32,000 bases of DNA from Staphylothermus marinus F1. Its GTDB lineage: Archaea > Thermoproteota > Thermoprotei_A > Sulfolobales > Desulfurococcaceae. This document shows positions 1 to 9,703 of this stretch, piece by piece (positions within the stretch are counted from its first letter, which is position 1; each line of letters opens with the position of its first letter). Where the stretch lies: assembly GCF_000015945.1 (NCBI RefSeq), contig NC_009033.1, positions 1,380,001 to 1,412,000 on the forward strand, given 5' to 3'. The notes under the pieces are model-generated. The model saw only the letters and a list, made by a program, of their open reading frames with translations, was not told where the DNA came from and made no database searches. Made by a program: the position numbers and the translations under genes.

Positions 1-1
1 T

Positions 2-604
2 ACTATAGCGTCAGATCTCGTTGCTAGATATTTTAATGCTTTAAATAATGAATATGTTTTCAAACTAATCGATCTAGCGTTTGATGATGACTTCTTCATT
101 AATAGATATGAAACAACAATAATGTGGAGGAGAGTTCTACGCTGGTATGGATGGCCTATAAGGTATAAGGCACTGGATTCCTTTATTAAAGGAGAAATAA
201 GACCTGCTTGGATGCTTGAAATGTATAGGAGAGAAGTTAAGAACATTTATGAAAACCTGATTAGAGAAGCAATGGGACGAGTAGATAGTGTCGTTACAAA
301 AAATGGATTGCAACTCCTAATATTCCAAGATGTTGATCCCCGAGTACATCCGGGAGAATTAACATCGATCGCTAAGCTAAACGGGCTAAAAGCTGATGTG
401 TATATCATAAGGTATCCTAGAGGTGTAAGCTTAAGAAGTGATTATATAGATGTAGCTATGATCGCTAAAAAGCTTGGAGGAGGCGGACACAAAAACGCTG
501 CTGGAATACCCGGATTAATTGATGTTAATAAAATACTGGAGATAATTAGTAACGAAGAAAAATTTAAGAAAGAAAGATTCTTTATCTTTTCGTATCTTCA
601 ATGA
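2..604 (+). CDS. DHH-family phosphoesterase, C-terminal part with DHHA1 domain (5' end lies outside the window)
   Basis: The frame of listed ORF 122..604 has no stop back to base 2, so the gene enters from upstream. The C-terminal GGGGHKNAAG matches the GGGH signature of DHHA1 domains (NrnA/RecJ-like DHH phosphoesterases). Confidence 0.6.
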   Translation, partial: TIASDLVARYFNALNNEYVFKLIDLAFDDDFFINRYETTIMWRRVLRWYGWPIRYKALDSFIKGEIRPAWMLEMYRREVKNIYENLIREAMGRVDSVVTKNGLQLLIFQDVDPRVHPGELTSIAKLNGLKADVYIIRYPRGVSLRSDYIDVAMIAKKLGGGGHKNAAGIPGLIDVNKILEIISNEEKFKKERFFIFSYLQ

Positions 605-842
605 ATCAGCCACTAACCTATTATATCCTATGCATATGTTATAGAAATCTTATAAAGCGAATATTATTCTGCGTTTGCCGAAACAACTAAAATATATGGT
701 ACAAACAAACACTCTGTTTCTATATGGATAATACTAGGTTCTATAGATGTGGGATTCGTGTCAAAACATATATGTTTTATATCCCAGATACATTATACTA
801 TTATGAGAAATAGAATATAGTCATTAATAGGTGAGTATTGTT

Positions 843-3800
843 ATGAGAAGGCTGCTCGTAATATTATCATTAATAATTATAGTTGGGCTGATAATGCCCT
901 CTTTATCATTATCAGCCCCAGTAACTGTAGGGAACAAAGATCTTAACAAGTTCACTATTGATCCAAATTGGCAGAACAAGATACCTAAGAAACTATTTGA
1001 CGATGTTTACACAAATGCCAAAATTAAAAAGGCTGCTTTTATGCCGTATGGAATACAAACTGTTAAGAAGATAATGCTGTTCGATTCTAATAGTAGAACA
1101 TTACTGTTGATCGGCGATAATAGTGAAAATACAGTTAGATACATTATTCAAAACACTGAAAAGCTCCTCTACAAGTTCCCATTACTAGGCAACCATGTAA
1201 TTTACTATGTTGTCGCGACCCCCGATCAAGTTGTTAAACTAGCAAAATATCCAGGTATTTATAGAATAACACCTTCTCCACCCATTACTAAGTTGATAAA
1301 ACTAAACAATATGATTAAAAAAGCTGAAGGTGCTGGGTCAAGTTTTGAAATAAAAACTGCTGATAATAATGAGAACGCAACAATAGACACTAATATGGGT
1401 GTTAAATTGATTGGTGCAACTGAGGTTTGGAGAGAATACAATATTACGGGAGAAGGAATAGTTGTCGGAATCGTTGATACAGGAATTGACCTATCTAATC
1501 CAGATTTAGGATTAGACGTTATAGCTAGAGATGACAATGGTACTCCATTATTACTAGCTTATGATAATGGATTAACACTAGTAACTGGTAAAGCTGTAGC
1601 CTATAATGGTACATTAAATACGACAGGGTTAACGGTATTAGCGTTTGACCCATTATACACGCTCGTGTATGGTATACCGGTACTTATAGAAGCACAGTTC
1701 AACTATAACATAACTGTTGGAAACATAACTAGTCAGAGCGGTATATACCGTGTAGGATTAGCTCCATACTTATTCAGTGACACATTAACAGGCTACTATA
1801 TTAGAACATTTGTCCCAGTTGTCTTAGTAGACTCGGAGACTCCTGGCGTATATGATGAAGCATATTTTGACTTATCAACAGCATTCTATGATTTATCAGA
1901 ATACATGAGGTACTTAGAAAACGTGACTCTTGGACACATATATTGGAGAGCACCTGATCCAGCATGGAACGATACAAGCATAACTGATGAAACACCCTTC
2001 GGGCCAGGAAACGAGATTGTTGGAAGAGATTTTGATGGAGACGGTATAATAGACTTCAGTATTGGTACCATAGCTGGATACTATCTTGACTCATACGGGC
2101 TAGCAACACTAACTTATGATCCAACAACTGGTAATATCACATTAGGAACTCCAGGATTATATCCCGGATGGGATTATCAGGGTAGATACCTTGCACTAGT
2201 ATCAGACTTTCACGGTCATGGTACAAGTGTTGCAACAGTAATAGCGTCTCGTGGAAGAGTATTATATGATCTCTACGGAGACGGTAAACTATATAGAATA
2301 ATGGGTGTTGCTCCCGGAGCAAAGATTGCTGGCGGAGACGCATGGCTTCTCGGAAATATTCTAGTATTAGAGGCATGGCTTGCTGGATTCAACATAGTTA
2401 CTGAGGAAGAAGATGGATACGTCTATCTATCTCTAGACCCATTTGGGCCTCATAGAGCAGATATTATTAGTAATAGTTGGGGAAGCATATACATAAACTT
2501 CTGGCTACAACAATTCCCAGGCATAGACTATAGATCATCATTTATGGACGAAATACTAGCAATAAGAAACTACTTAATCGGAGACCATGTAACTATAGTA
2601 TTCGCCGCAGGAAATGAGGGGCCAGGATATAGTAGTAATGGAGCACCTGGAACAGGATTATTAGTCATAACAGCTGGAGCATCAACTCTATGGGATTATA
2701 CAAGAATATATGGTTATCCCGAAGGATACGCTGACGAAGTAATACCATTCAGTAGTAGGGGGCCCACTGGACAAGGGTACCCGAAGCCGGATATAGTAAA
2801 TATTGGAGCATTTGAATGGGCATCAACTAGAACAATAGATGGAAGAGGATATGGTGCGCAACCAGACGTGTTTGGTGGAACAAGTGAAGCAACACCCTAC
2901 ACTAGTGGAACACTAGCACTAGTCTTTCAAGCATATAAAGAAGTATACAATACAACTCCTGATCCTGTAACAGCTAAGATAATATTGAAGAGCTCGGCAA
3001 AAGACATTTGGTACCCGGCATTCAGTCAGGGTAGTGGACGTGTTGATGCATTAAAAGCTGTTGAAACAGTATTTAATAGTGAATGGTTAGCATATGTCTC
3101 AGAAGGCATCCAGGAGGCATTTCTAGAAAACTACTATACAGATTTCGGCCCATATATAGGATATGTATTACCATACTTAGCGGATACAGCTTATTACGGT
3201 GTAGTTAAACCCGGCTCATCCAAGAACTTCACATTAAATATAGTTGGAAATGGAACGGTATCTTTAAGCGCTTGGAATACTGTTCTCTATAAGGAGTATA
3301 CAGTATATGATGGAGTCTATGATTATAGCGGATTACTATTCTTAAAAGTACCTAAATACGCTTACAGCGGCGCCGACTACGTAGAAGTAGTTGTTCAACT
3401 AGAGAACATGACATATCCGCCAGGAGTGTTCTTGAAAACACCGATCGATCCACTGCATGCTATCATTTTAAGCGCTTATGATTGGATAGACTATAATGGC
3501 GATGGACAAATAGGTTATCCAGACGAACTACACTATATTACGTTTGAATATAGAGTGTCAACAGAAGCAGTAGTATCAATATCTGCTCCAATGGAGAAGA
3601 TACATGGTGATCTAGTACTTAGAATAAGACCTGATTATATTAACGTCACACCGGTAAAAATGAAGATAGTTGTTAGATCATTTAAGTATGTGCCTTGCAA
3701 ATTAATGTCATTACCACAAACAGTAGATGTTAATGGAACAGCTTCTATTCCAATAACAATAAATGTGCCAGACAATTTCAGGCCAGGAATATTAGAGGTA

Positions 3801-4880
3801 AGACTAATAGTAGATACGCCGGATAAACGCATTGTTGTACCAGTTTCAATCCTAGTACCTCTAATAGCAGATGAGACAACAACGGCTGTTCTCGGCGGAG
3901 CACGTTCACCGATGAAATATGATCCGTTCGCCATGTATGGATTACCAGATCCAGTCTATGGTGTATGGGAAGGTCAGGATTGGAGAATCCTGCCGGTACT
4001 AGTAACCGATCCATCAATTACCGGATTAATTGTTGTAGCAAGATGGGCTTCTGGCTATGCATCAGACCTATCGTTCCTAACAGTGGCGCCAGGAGGAGTA
4101 TTTACACCTAATGGCTTCCTAAATGTGTTCGCATCATACAAGCTATCCTATGATCTTGGATTAGTATATAATCCAAGCTTATCAGATCAGCTACACGGCA
4201 AGCTAAGGATGTATATACCAGTAAAATGGGCTGAACCGCTTAGGCAAATTCCTATAGCAATTACAGATCTAAGTTATTGGCCTCCAGAACCAGGACTAGC
4301 ATTAATGCAGTACAGCGATAGAATGCCGGAAATCTACGGATTATATAGAATAATATATGGATTCGCAAGTTATAGCGGTAAACTATTAGAGGATAAGCTA
4401 ATGTTTAGGATAATAACAGTTAAGTCCGAGATACAGTATTCAGAACAGTTCAGCTTCAACAACATATCTGTAGGAAACCTATACGTTAAATTCACCGCCG
4501 GATCATATACACCATTCCTATTCGCAGACCTTTATCTGTACACTGAAGGATACGCTACTCCATTAGCTGGGTCAGGCTCAATACTGCCGATAAGCATATT
4601 AGTAAACGGGACAGCAAGTAATCTAGCATATTACCTAGTACTATACGATTATGCATATTATCTAGGAACAAGTCCGACAGGATTATACAGTGAATTCACA
4701 GTTCCAGTAATGATTAATACATCAGCTACAAACGTATTTAATGCAATAGCAGTAATGTACAAGTACTCATGGCATGCCGAAGGCATGTACTGGTTTGACT
4801 TCAACACAGGAGAACCATTAATAATAAGCTATGTGCATCCAGGAATGGCTTCAGCAACACTAAATATATCAAATACTTAA
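843..4880 (+). CDS. Secreted subtilisin-like (peptidase S8) serine protease, giant pyrolysin/STABLE-like form
   Basis: Catalytic triad motifs appear in subtilase order: GIVDTGID (Asp codon 1476-1478), HGHGTSVA (His codon 2217-2219), GGTSEATPY (Ser codon 2883-2885). The N-terminus MRRLLVILSLIIIVGLIMPSLSLSAP is a signal peptide. GGTGA (830-834) sits 8 nt before ATG 843, so I prefer 843 over the GTG at 831 used by the ORF track. There are many N-x-S/T sequons. Confidence 0.9.
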   Translation: MRRLLVILSLIIIVGLIMPSLSLSAPVTVGNKDLNKFTIDPNWQNKIPKKLFDDVYTNAKIKKAAFMPYGIQTVKKIMLFDSNSRTLLLIGDNSENTVRYIIQNTEKLLYKFPLLGNHVIYYVVATPDQVVKLAKYPGIYRITPSPPITKLIKLNNMIKKAEGAGSSFEIKTADNNENATIDTNMGVKLIGATEVWREYNITGEGIVVGIVDTGIDLSNPDLGLDVIARDDNGTPLLLAYDNGLTLVTGKAVAYNGTLNTTGLTVLAFDPLYTLVYGIPVLIEAQFNYNITVGNITSQSGIYRVGLAPYLFSDTLTGYYIRTFVPVVLVDSETPGVYDEAYFDLSTAFYDLSEYMRYLENVTLGHIYWRAPDPAWNDTSITDETPFGPGNEIVGRDFDGDGIIDFSIGTIAGYYLDSYGLATLTYDPTTGNITLGTPGLYPGWDYQGRYLALVSDFHGHGTSVATVIASRGRVLYDLYGDGKLYRIMGVAPGAKIAGGDAWLLGNILVLEAWLAGFNIVTEEEDGYVYLSLDPFGPHRADIISNSWGSIYINFWLQQFPGIDYRSSFMDEILAIRNYLIGDHVTIVFAAGNEGPGYSSNGAPGTGLLVITAGASTLWDYTRIYGYPEGYADEVIPFSSRGPTGQGYPKPDIVNIGAFEWASTRTIDGRGYGAQPDVFGGTSEATPYTSGTLALVFQAYKEVYNTTPDPVTAKIILKSSAKDIWYPAFSQGSGRVDALKAVETVFNSEWLAYVSEGIQEAFLENYYTDFGPYIGYVLPYLADTAYYGVVKPGSSKNFTLNIVGNGTVSLSAWNTVLYKEYTVYDGVYDYSGLLFLKVPKYAYSGADYVEVVVQLENMTYPPGVFLKTPIDPLHAIILSAYDWIDYNGDGQIGYPDELHYITFEYRVSTEAVVSISAPMEKIHGDLVLRIRPDYINVTPVKMKIVVRSFKYVPCKLMSLPQTVDVNGTASIPITINVPDNFRPGILEVRLIVDTPDKRIVVPVSILVPLIADETTTAVLGGARSPMKYDPFAMYGLPDPVYGVWEGQDWRILPVLVTDPSITGLIVVARWASGYASDLSFLTVAPGGVFTPNGFLNVFASYKLSYDLGLVYNPSLSDQLHGKLRMYIPVKWAEPLRQIPIAITDLSYWPPEPGLALMQYSDRMPEIYGLYRIIYGFASYSGKLLEDKLMFRIITVKSEIQYSEQFSFNNISVGNLYVKFTAGSYTPFLFADLYLYTEGYATPLAGSGSILPISILVNGTASNLAYYLVLYDYAYYLGTSPTGLYSEFTVPVMINTSATNVFNAIAVMYKYSWHAEGMYWFDFNTGEPLIISYVHPGMASATLNISNT

Positions 4881-4902
4881 ATCCTTCAAATAAAACTAAA
4901 TC

Positions 4903-4908
4903 TTTTTT
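4903..4908 (+). terminator. Oligo-T tract (T6) downstream of the protease gene, archaeal-type terminator candidate
   Basis: tcTTTTTTaa lies 23 nt after stop codon 4878-4880. Archaeal RNA polymerase terminates at oligo-T runs. Confidence 0.35.
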
Positions 4909-4965
4909 AAATCTTCACATAAATTCCGCATTACTTAAAAAGCAATAATTTTAATATATTTCTTA

Positions 4966-5487
4966 ATGATCATCAATAAGAATTATCAAGTACGGGTAGA
5001 AAGGAATACGGACATGGCGATGAATGATTTAATTAATATATTATTTGTTATACTTCTAGCTATCTCGCCAGGTATTGAAGCAAGAGTTGCTATGCCCACA
5101 GCTGTTCTGCTAGGTTTTGATCCGTTTATTTCATTTATTCTTTCATTTGTAGCTAGTAGCATACCTGCTGTTCCTCTAGTTTATGGATTACCATGGCTTG
5201 AGAAAACAATAATTTTCAGAGTAGGTTTTCTCAAGAATATCTATGATAAAATAATTGAGCGGGCGCGTTCTAGAGCACATAGGATCTCTCAGTACAAAAT
5301 AGTATATTTAGGATTAGCTCTATATGTTGCAGTACCGTTTCCGCTAACAGGTGTATGGACAGGATCATTGATCGCATACATATTAGGTCTTGATAGGAAA
5401 AAATCAACCATATCAATAATATTCGGAAACCTCATCGCTTGCACCATAATTTTTTCATCAATAATAGCATTTACGAGGATTATTTGA
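4966..5487 (+). CDS. Small polytopic membrane protein, putative small multidrug export family (COG2426 / Sm_multidrug_ex-like)
   Basis: Four predicted TM helices. The motifs SPGIEARVAMPTA near the N-terminus and VAVPFPLTGVWTGSLIAYILGL resemble conserved blocks of that family. The true start may be ATG 5014 (MAMNDLINILF), just before TM1. Confidence 0.55.
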   Translation: MIINKNYQVRVERNTDMAMNDLINILFVILLAISPGIEARVAMPTAVLLGFDPFISFILSFVASSIPAVPLVYGLPWLEKTIIFRVGFLKNIYDKIIERARSRAHRISQYKIVYLGLALYVAVPFPLTGVWTGSLIAYILGLDRKKSTISIIFGNLIACTIIFSSIIAFTRII

Positions 5488-5563
5488 TTAAAAAACTCTA
5501 GCAATACTTCAGTATAATGTATCCTAGGTTCTAAAAACCAATCCCGACAAATAACTAGTTGGG

Positions 5564-6109
5564 GTGTATGACATGGGTATGACTGATATCCAAGTTCAAT
5601 CCAATAATGTCTTTGCCGAAAATAAATTATCAAGAATATATTCAATATCCGATCTATTCACAATAATGCTAGCTCTCCACAATATTAATAGTAACAAAGA
5701 AGACAAGGATCAAGTCAAGAAACAGATTTGGGCACTAACCAACATGTGGTTAGAAGAAGTATCACCCCTTAGCTACATACCTGGTTTAGTTGAAGAAGTT
5801 TCATCAATTATCAAATATAAGGTATGGGACGAAAAAAGTACATTATCAGATGAAGTCATCGAGAGAATATTAGTTGATACAATTATATTTAAAGAAAAAG
5901 CCTTATCTGAAGAAGAACCTGAAGTCCTCAACGCATTATCATTAGTTTTAGCAACTAGAGCAGTTGAATTAATCGAAGCCCTTGGAGGATTCATACCAAG
6001 AGGATCTACGGTTTGGAAAATATTGTATGAACCAGCTGATCCAAGGGATAAAATAATAGATATAACTACATTAATTGCTACAACACTTGTTATATCAACA
6101 AACATTTAG
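5564..6109 (+). CDS. Hypothetical protein (acidic, helical, hydrophobic C-terminal tail)
   Basis: ORF of 181 codons with coding-like composition and no recognisable motif. GGGGTG (5561-5566) precedes ATG 5573, which may be the real start. Confidence 0.5.
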   Translation: MYDMGMTDIQVQSNNVFAENKLSRIYSISDLFTIMLALHNINSNKEDKDQVKKQIWALTNMWLEEVSPLSYIPGLVEEVSSIIKYKVWDEKSTLSDEVIERILVDTIIFKEKALSEEEPEVLNALSLVLATRAVELIEALGGFIPRGSTVWKILYEPADPRDKIIDITTLIATTLVISTNI

Positions 6110-6279
6110 ATACACTTATTATTTATTAGTTATAAGTTAACCATGAATTTTATTATACTGTGTCATTTCTATTTTATAGTTTTATAGCCAAAATATGTAT
6201 TTTATTAAGTTGTTAAATAAACACTTAATATTGATCAAAAGAATTACTACACTTCAGTAGCGGAGCAGGTGCTTTATTA

Positions 6280-7158
6280 ATGGATGAAATAAGAATTAGG
6301 AAAGAAAGCATTTATAAATCAATAAGTTTAGCAATAATTTTAGCGATCTCCTTATCTGCTCTAGTATATTCATATATGAATGATTACTATATAGGAACGT
6401 ACTCAATAGATCAGTTAAACAACATATATATTTATCCTAAACAACATATCGAGATTCTTTCATATAATATTGCTCAGGATAAATACGTGTTTATAGGATT
6501 AAATGGATTCGTGCTTAATACTTATATTTTTAGCAATGACAAAAATACTGTAATAACGATCAAGGCTAGCGGACTAGATCTTTATGTCCTCTTCATAGCG
6601 GTTGTATCACTATTCATAACTTATAAGTTAAATAAGGAATTTTTATGGAATTCTAAAAGAATATATTTTATTCTAATCCTCATTCTAATAATTACTTCCA
6701 ATATTTTGTTATTTCCTTACGTTGATATTGCCAAAGCCCCTCTACAAGATGCTAAGATAGTTTCCCTTAATAAGCCGTTGGAAACTAAGAATAATATCGG
6801 CATCATCGATTTATTGAGAAACAATGCTCTCATATATGTCAAGTCAAACAATAGTTTCTCGATCGCTATTTTACAACTAGTCTCTAGTAATTACACTATA
6901 CTAGCTCTTAACGTTAAAGAATATACCGGGTACATTAATGTTTCTAATGAAACTTTTGTCGTCTTAATTCCTACGAAGTCTTCTATAAGTGATTTTAATT
7001 TCACCTATAGAAGAGTAGAATTTGTTGACGTGGGAAATGAGGTTTTAAAAGCTTTGTTTACATTAATGCCATCCATTGTGTTGCTTATTGGAAGTGTTTT
7101 CTTAATTGTACTGCGAAAGAAGATAATTAAAGAAGCTATGCCTCAACAATCTGGATAA
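6280..7158 (+). CDS. Hypothetical membrane protein (N-terminal TM, central TM pair, C-terminal TM)
   Basis: 292-codon ORF with AGGTG (6266-6270) 9 nt before the ATG. Hydrophobic segments: ISLAIILAISLSALVY, LYVLFIAVVSLFITY, IYFILILILIITSNILLF, LFTLMPSIVLLIGSVFLIVL. No family recognised. Confidence 0.6.
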   Translation: MDEIRIRKESIYKSISLAIILAISLSALVYSYMNDYYIGTYSIDQLNNIYIYPKQHIEILSYNIAQDKYVFIGLNGFVLNTYIFSNDKNTVITIKASGLDLYVLFIAVVSLFITYKLNKEFLWNSKRIYFILILILIITSNILLFPYVDIAKAPLQDAKIVSLNKPLETKNNIGIIDLLRNNALIYVKSNNSFSIAILQLVSSNYTILALNVKEYTGYINVSNETFVVLIPTKSSISDFNFTYRRVEFVDVGNEVLKALFTLMPSIVLLIGSVFLIVLRKKIIKEAMPQQSG

Positions 7159-8467
7159 TATTCTTTGTATTAAATCTTGATACAGTGAAATATTTTACCG
7201 ATATATTCTTTAAACTCTTATTGTCACCCATAATCATTACTGATATAAGTCTTGCATTAGCTTTTCTTAGATTGTAGGTCACTAATTGTTCAGCTATTCT
7301 ATCAACACCATCTGTTATTATTATGATATCGCTTGTCTCTCTTACACTGCCTGTTCTAATATCATTACATGCAGTAATAATTGCTTTAGAAATATCTGTT
7401 CCACCGCTTCCTCTAACCCTAGCGATATAATCTATGAGTTTCAATACATTGCTAGCCCGAGGTCTTCTACTTATTTTTGCCAGTGGATACGGTATGCTAT
7501 CAAAGAATCTAAAATAAAATTCCCTATGTTCTCTAACGGCTCTCATATACAAGCTTAATGCTACAGCTTTCGCCCAAGTCATCTTTATTCCATCCATTGA
7601 ACCCGATTTATCCAGTAATACATATAGGGGTCCCTTACCTTGACTAAGCATTTTCTGGTATAGAAGCAATCTATTCTCGAGGAATCTTAGATAGAATAAC
7701 TCATCTGGTAATGCGAGAGCTGAAGGAACTATTCGCTCAATATCTTTGCCTAACTCATAACCCATTAATTCTCCATGTTTAAATCTTTGTTTTCTCTCAG
7801 GTATATTTATGTTCCAAGGCTTAATTCCTGCTAGTATTTCCAGTATTTTTCTTACTTCAACATTTCTAGCCAGCCTAATGAGTTCTGGACCATATTCTTC
7901 ATACGCCATAATACTAACTGTTCCAGGACGTTCACCCTCTATAAGCATTCTCAGTTTTTTAGCATTTTCAACATCTCTCATAGTATTAGCAATTGCTTTC
8001 TCTACATTTCTCCTAATAGCTTTTTCATCTTCTCTACCTTCTTGTTCTCCTCTTCTATTACTTGTTGCATTGCCAAACGATCTTTCATTTTCAAGTTGTT
8101 TGAACTCTGAAATAAATATACTAGCAGCTATACTACTCATTAAGCTATCAACTACTGTTTTACTTCTTATATCATGTATGAAACTAGATTTTAGAAGGGA
8201 GTCTATTACTTTGTAATGATATCTTTTATTCTTCGAGATACTGTCTCGCGGCTTCAATATCGGCATCGGTAAATAGAATACGTAGAACAAGTCTATTGCT
8301 AGAGAAATAGGTATTTTTAATTCTTTCTCAGCTATTAAACTAGCTATTTTCGTTACTTTACTACCCCTATATTTAACAACAGGATCATCATAGCTTATAC
8401 TACTTAAGACCCCTATTAATTCGTCTTTATCTGTTGATTTAGTTTTTTGGCTGAAATATTTATTCAT
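7136..8467 (-). CDS. von Willebrand factor A (VWA) domain protein, ViaA-like partner of the adjacent AAA+ ATPase
   Basis: MIDAS motif DKSGS (7598-7612 on the minus strand, in LYVLLDKSGSMDG). Further VWA blocks are GSGGTDISKAI and IIIITDGVD. It starts 13 nt downstream of the AAA+ gene on the same strand. Confidence 0.8.
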   Translation of the reverse strand: MNKYFSQKTKSTDKDELIGVLSSISYDDPVVKYRGSKVTKIASLIAEKELKIPISLAIDLFYVFYLPMPILKPRDSISKNKRYHYKVIDSLLKSSFIHDIRSKTVVDSLMSSIAASIFISEFKQLENERSFGNATSNRRGEQEGREDEKAIRRNVEKAIANTMRDVENAKKLRMLIEGERPGTVSIMAYEEYGPELIRLARNVEVRKILEILAGIKPWNINIPERKQRFKHGELMGYELGKDIERIVPSALALPDELFYLRFLENRLLLYQKMLSQGKGPLYVLLDKSGSMDGIKMTWAKAVALSLYMRAVREHREFYFRFFDSIPYPLAKISRRPRASNVLKLIDYIARVRGSGGTDISKAIITACNDIRTGSVRETSDIIIITDGVDRIAEQLVTYNLRKANARLISVMIMGDNKSLKNISVKYFTVSRFNTKNIIQIVEA

Positions 8468-8480
8468 AAGTGGTCCCAGG

Positions 8481-9626
8481 TTAGATCATGAATTTTCTTT
8501 TAACCATATCAATTACTTCATTAACTTCAGATAATACATCAAGCCCTCTCTGCCTAACAACTTCATCGCTTGTCTCCTCAGCTATTCTCCTAACTCTTTC
8601 CCGTACAGCTTCAAAGCTTCTCAAGTAATCAACTAGTCTTGGATCAAAATCAGTTACTTTCATGATATAATTTTTGGCTTCTCTAGCATTTGCCTCAATT
8701 TCAGCAAGTTCCCTTAAGTGTTTTTCAGTAGCTTTAATCTCATCTAGTAGTATAGCATTTGCTTGTTCCATTTCTTCCATATCATGTGGAGCAATGTGTT
8801 TTAACACGAATAAGTCTTCTTCTCTAGCACTCATTCTACGATCTAGAAGTGCAGAGGCTGCAATAGCTTTCAATGCTTTTCCTTTACGCCTATCAGTGAT
8901 ATGTATTCCTTGATCCTCGAAGATAGCGTATAGTTTTAATAGTTTTTCTTTAATTGGTTCAAGATTTACCTCATAAAGTATTTTATTTAGCATTCTAACA
9001 TCGTTCATCGATAAAATAGGTTCGGCGTGCTCATAAAGTCCTGATTCTATTTTCCAGGATGCTTCTAATAATTCTGCCCATTTATCCTCACTAATGGGTT
9101 TAACGAAGTGCCTATATAGGAACCTATCGTATAGTGCTTGAAGCTCGGGCTCGTCTGGAACATTATTACTTGCAGCTATCATTGTCCATAAAGGAACTTT
9201 TATCTCATTATATCCATCATATACTATTCTCTCATTCATTATTGTGAGGAACATGTTCAGTATTGCTGAATTAGCATTAAATATTTCATCAATAAAAGCT
9301 ATCTCAGCTTCTGGAAGTTTATTACGAGTTATACGTACGTATTTACCCTGTTTTAACGCATTAATGTCAAGAGGACCAAATAGTTCATCCGGCTCAGTGA
9401 ATTTTGTTAATAAATATTTGAAGAACTTAGCATTGATAAGTTCGGCGGCTCTCCTAGCTAATGCTGACTTAGCAGTGCCAGGCTCACCTATTAAGACGAC
9501 GTGTTCGCCCGATATAATAGCTAATGCTATTACTTTAGCTTCTTCTTCCCTACCAACAAATGGTCTCGCCAATTCTTCGACGAACTTATGTGCTTTATGT
9601 AATAGTTGTGTAAATCCTTGTTCCAT
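8481..9626 (-). CDS. MoxR-family AAA+ ATPase, RavA-like
   Basis: Walker A GEPGTAKS (9465-9488, minus strand) and Walker B IAFIDEIFNAN. The N-terminal 130 aa align by eye with E. coli RavA (..GESVFLLGPPGIAKS.., ..FGPLSIQALK.., ..[30 protein letters not shown]..). Confidence 0.85.
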   Translation of the reverse strand: MEQGFTQLLHKAHKFVEELARPFVGREEEAKVIALAIISGEHVVLIGEPGTAKSALARRAAELINAKFFKYLLTKFTEPDELFGPLDINALKQGKYVRITRNKLPEAEIAFIDEIFNANSAILNMFLTIMNERIVYDGYNEIKVPLWTMIAASNNVPDEPELQALYDRFLYRHFVKPISEDKWAELLEASWKIESGLYEHAEPILSMNDVRMLNKILYEVNLEPIKEKLLKLYAIFEDQGIHITDRRKGKALKAIAASALLDRRMSAREEDLFVLKHIAPHDMEEMEQANAILLDEIKATEKHLRELAEIEANAREAKNYIMKVTDFDPRLVDYLRSFEAVRERVRRIAEETSDEVVRQRGLDVLSEVNEVIDMVKRKFMI

Positions 9627-9703
9627 AACATAACCCTCTATCTTTCAGGGAATCCCTAAATAGTATAAAGTATAATCCCTAATAAATTGCAAAGTAAAAA
9701 TAA

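Noticed and set aside
1259-4017. ORFs of 61-99 aa on the minus strand inside the protease gene (1259..1537, 1801..1995, 1886..2071, 2137..2376, 3635..3934, 3778..4017)
   Set aside because: All are antisense to a 1345-aa ORF with a complete S8 catalytic triad. They have low-complexity composition and no motifs, so they are shadow ORFs.
5289-6105. Minus-strand ORFs 5289..5645 and 5773..6105
   Set aside because: They are antisense to and overlap plus-strand genes that have better context (TM topology, SD motifs). No motifs. Treated as shadow ORFs, though 5564..6109 itself is only a moderate-confidence gene.
7286-9633. Plus-strand ORFs 7286..7558, 7809..8216, 8674..8913 and 9244..9633
   Set aside because: They are antisense to the VWA and AAA+ genes, whose motifs (MIDAS, Walker A/B) are unambiguous. 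Their serine/leucine/isoleucine-rich translations are typical of the reverse frame of real genes.
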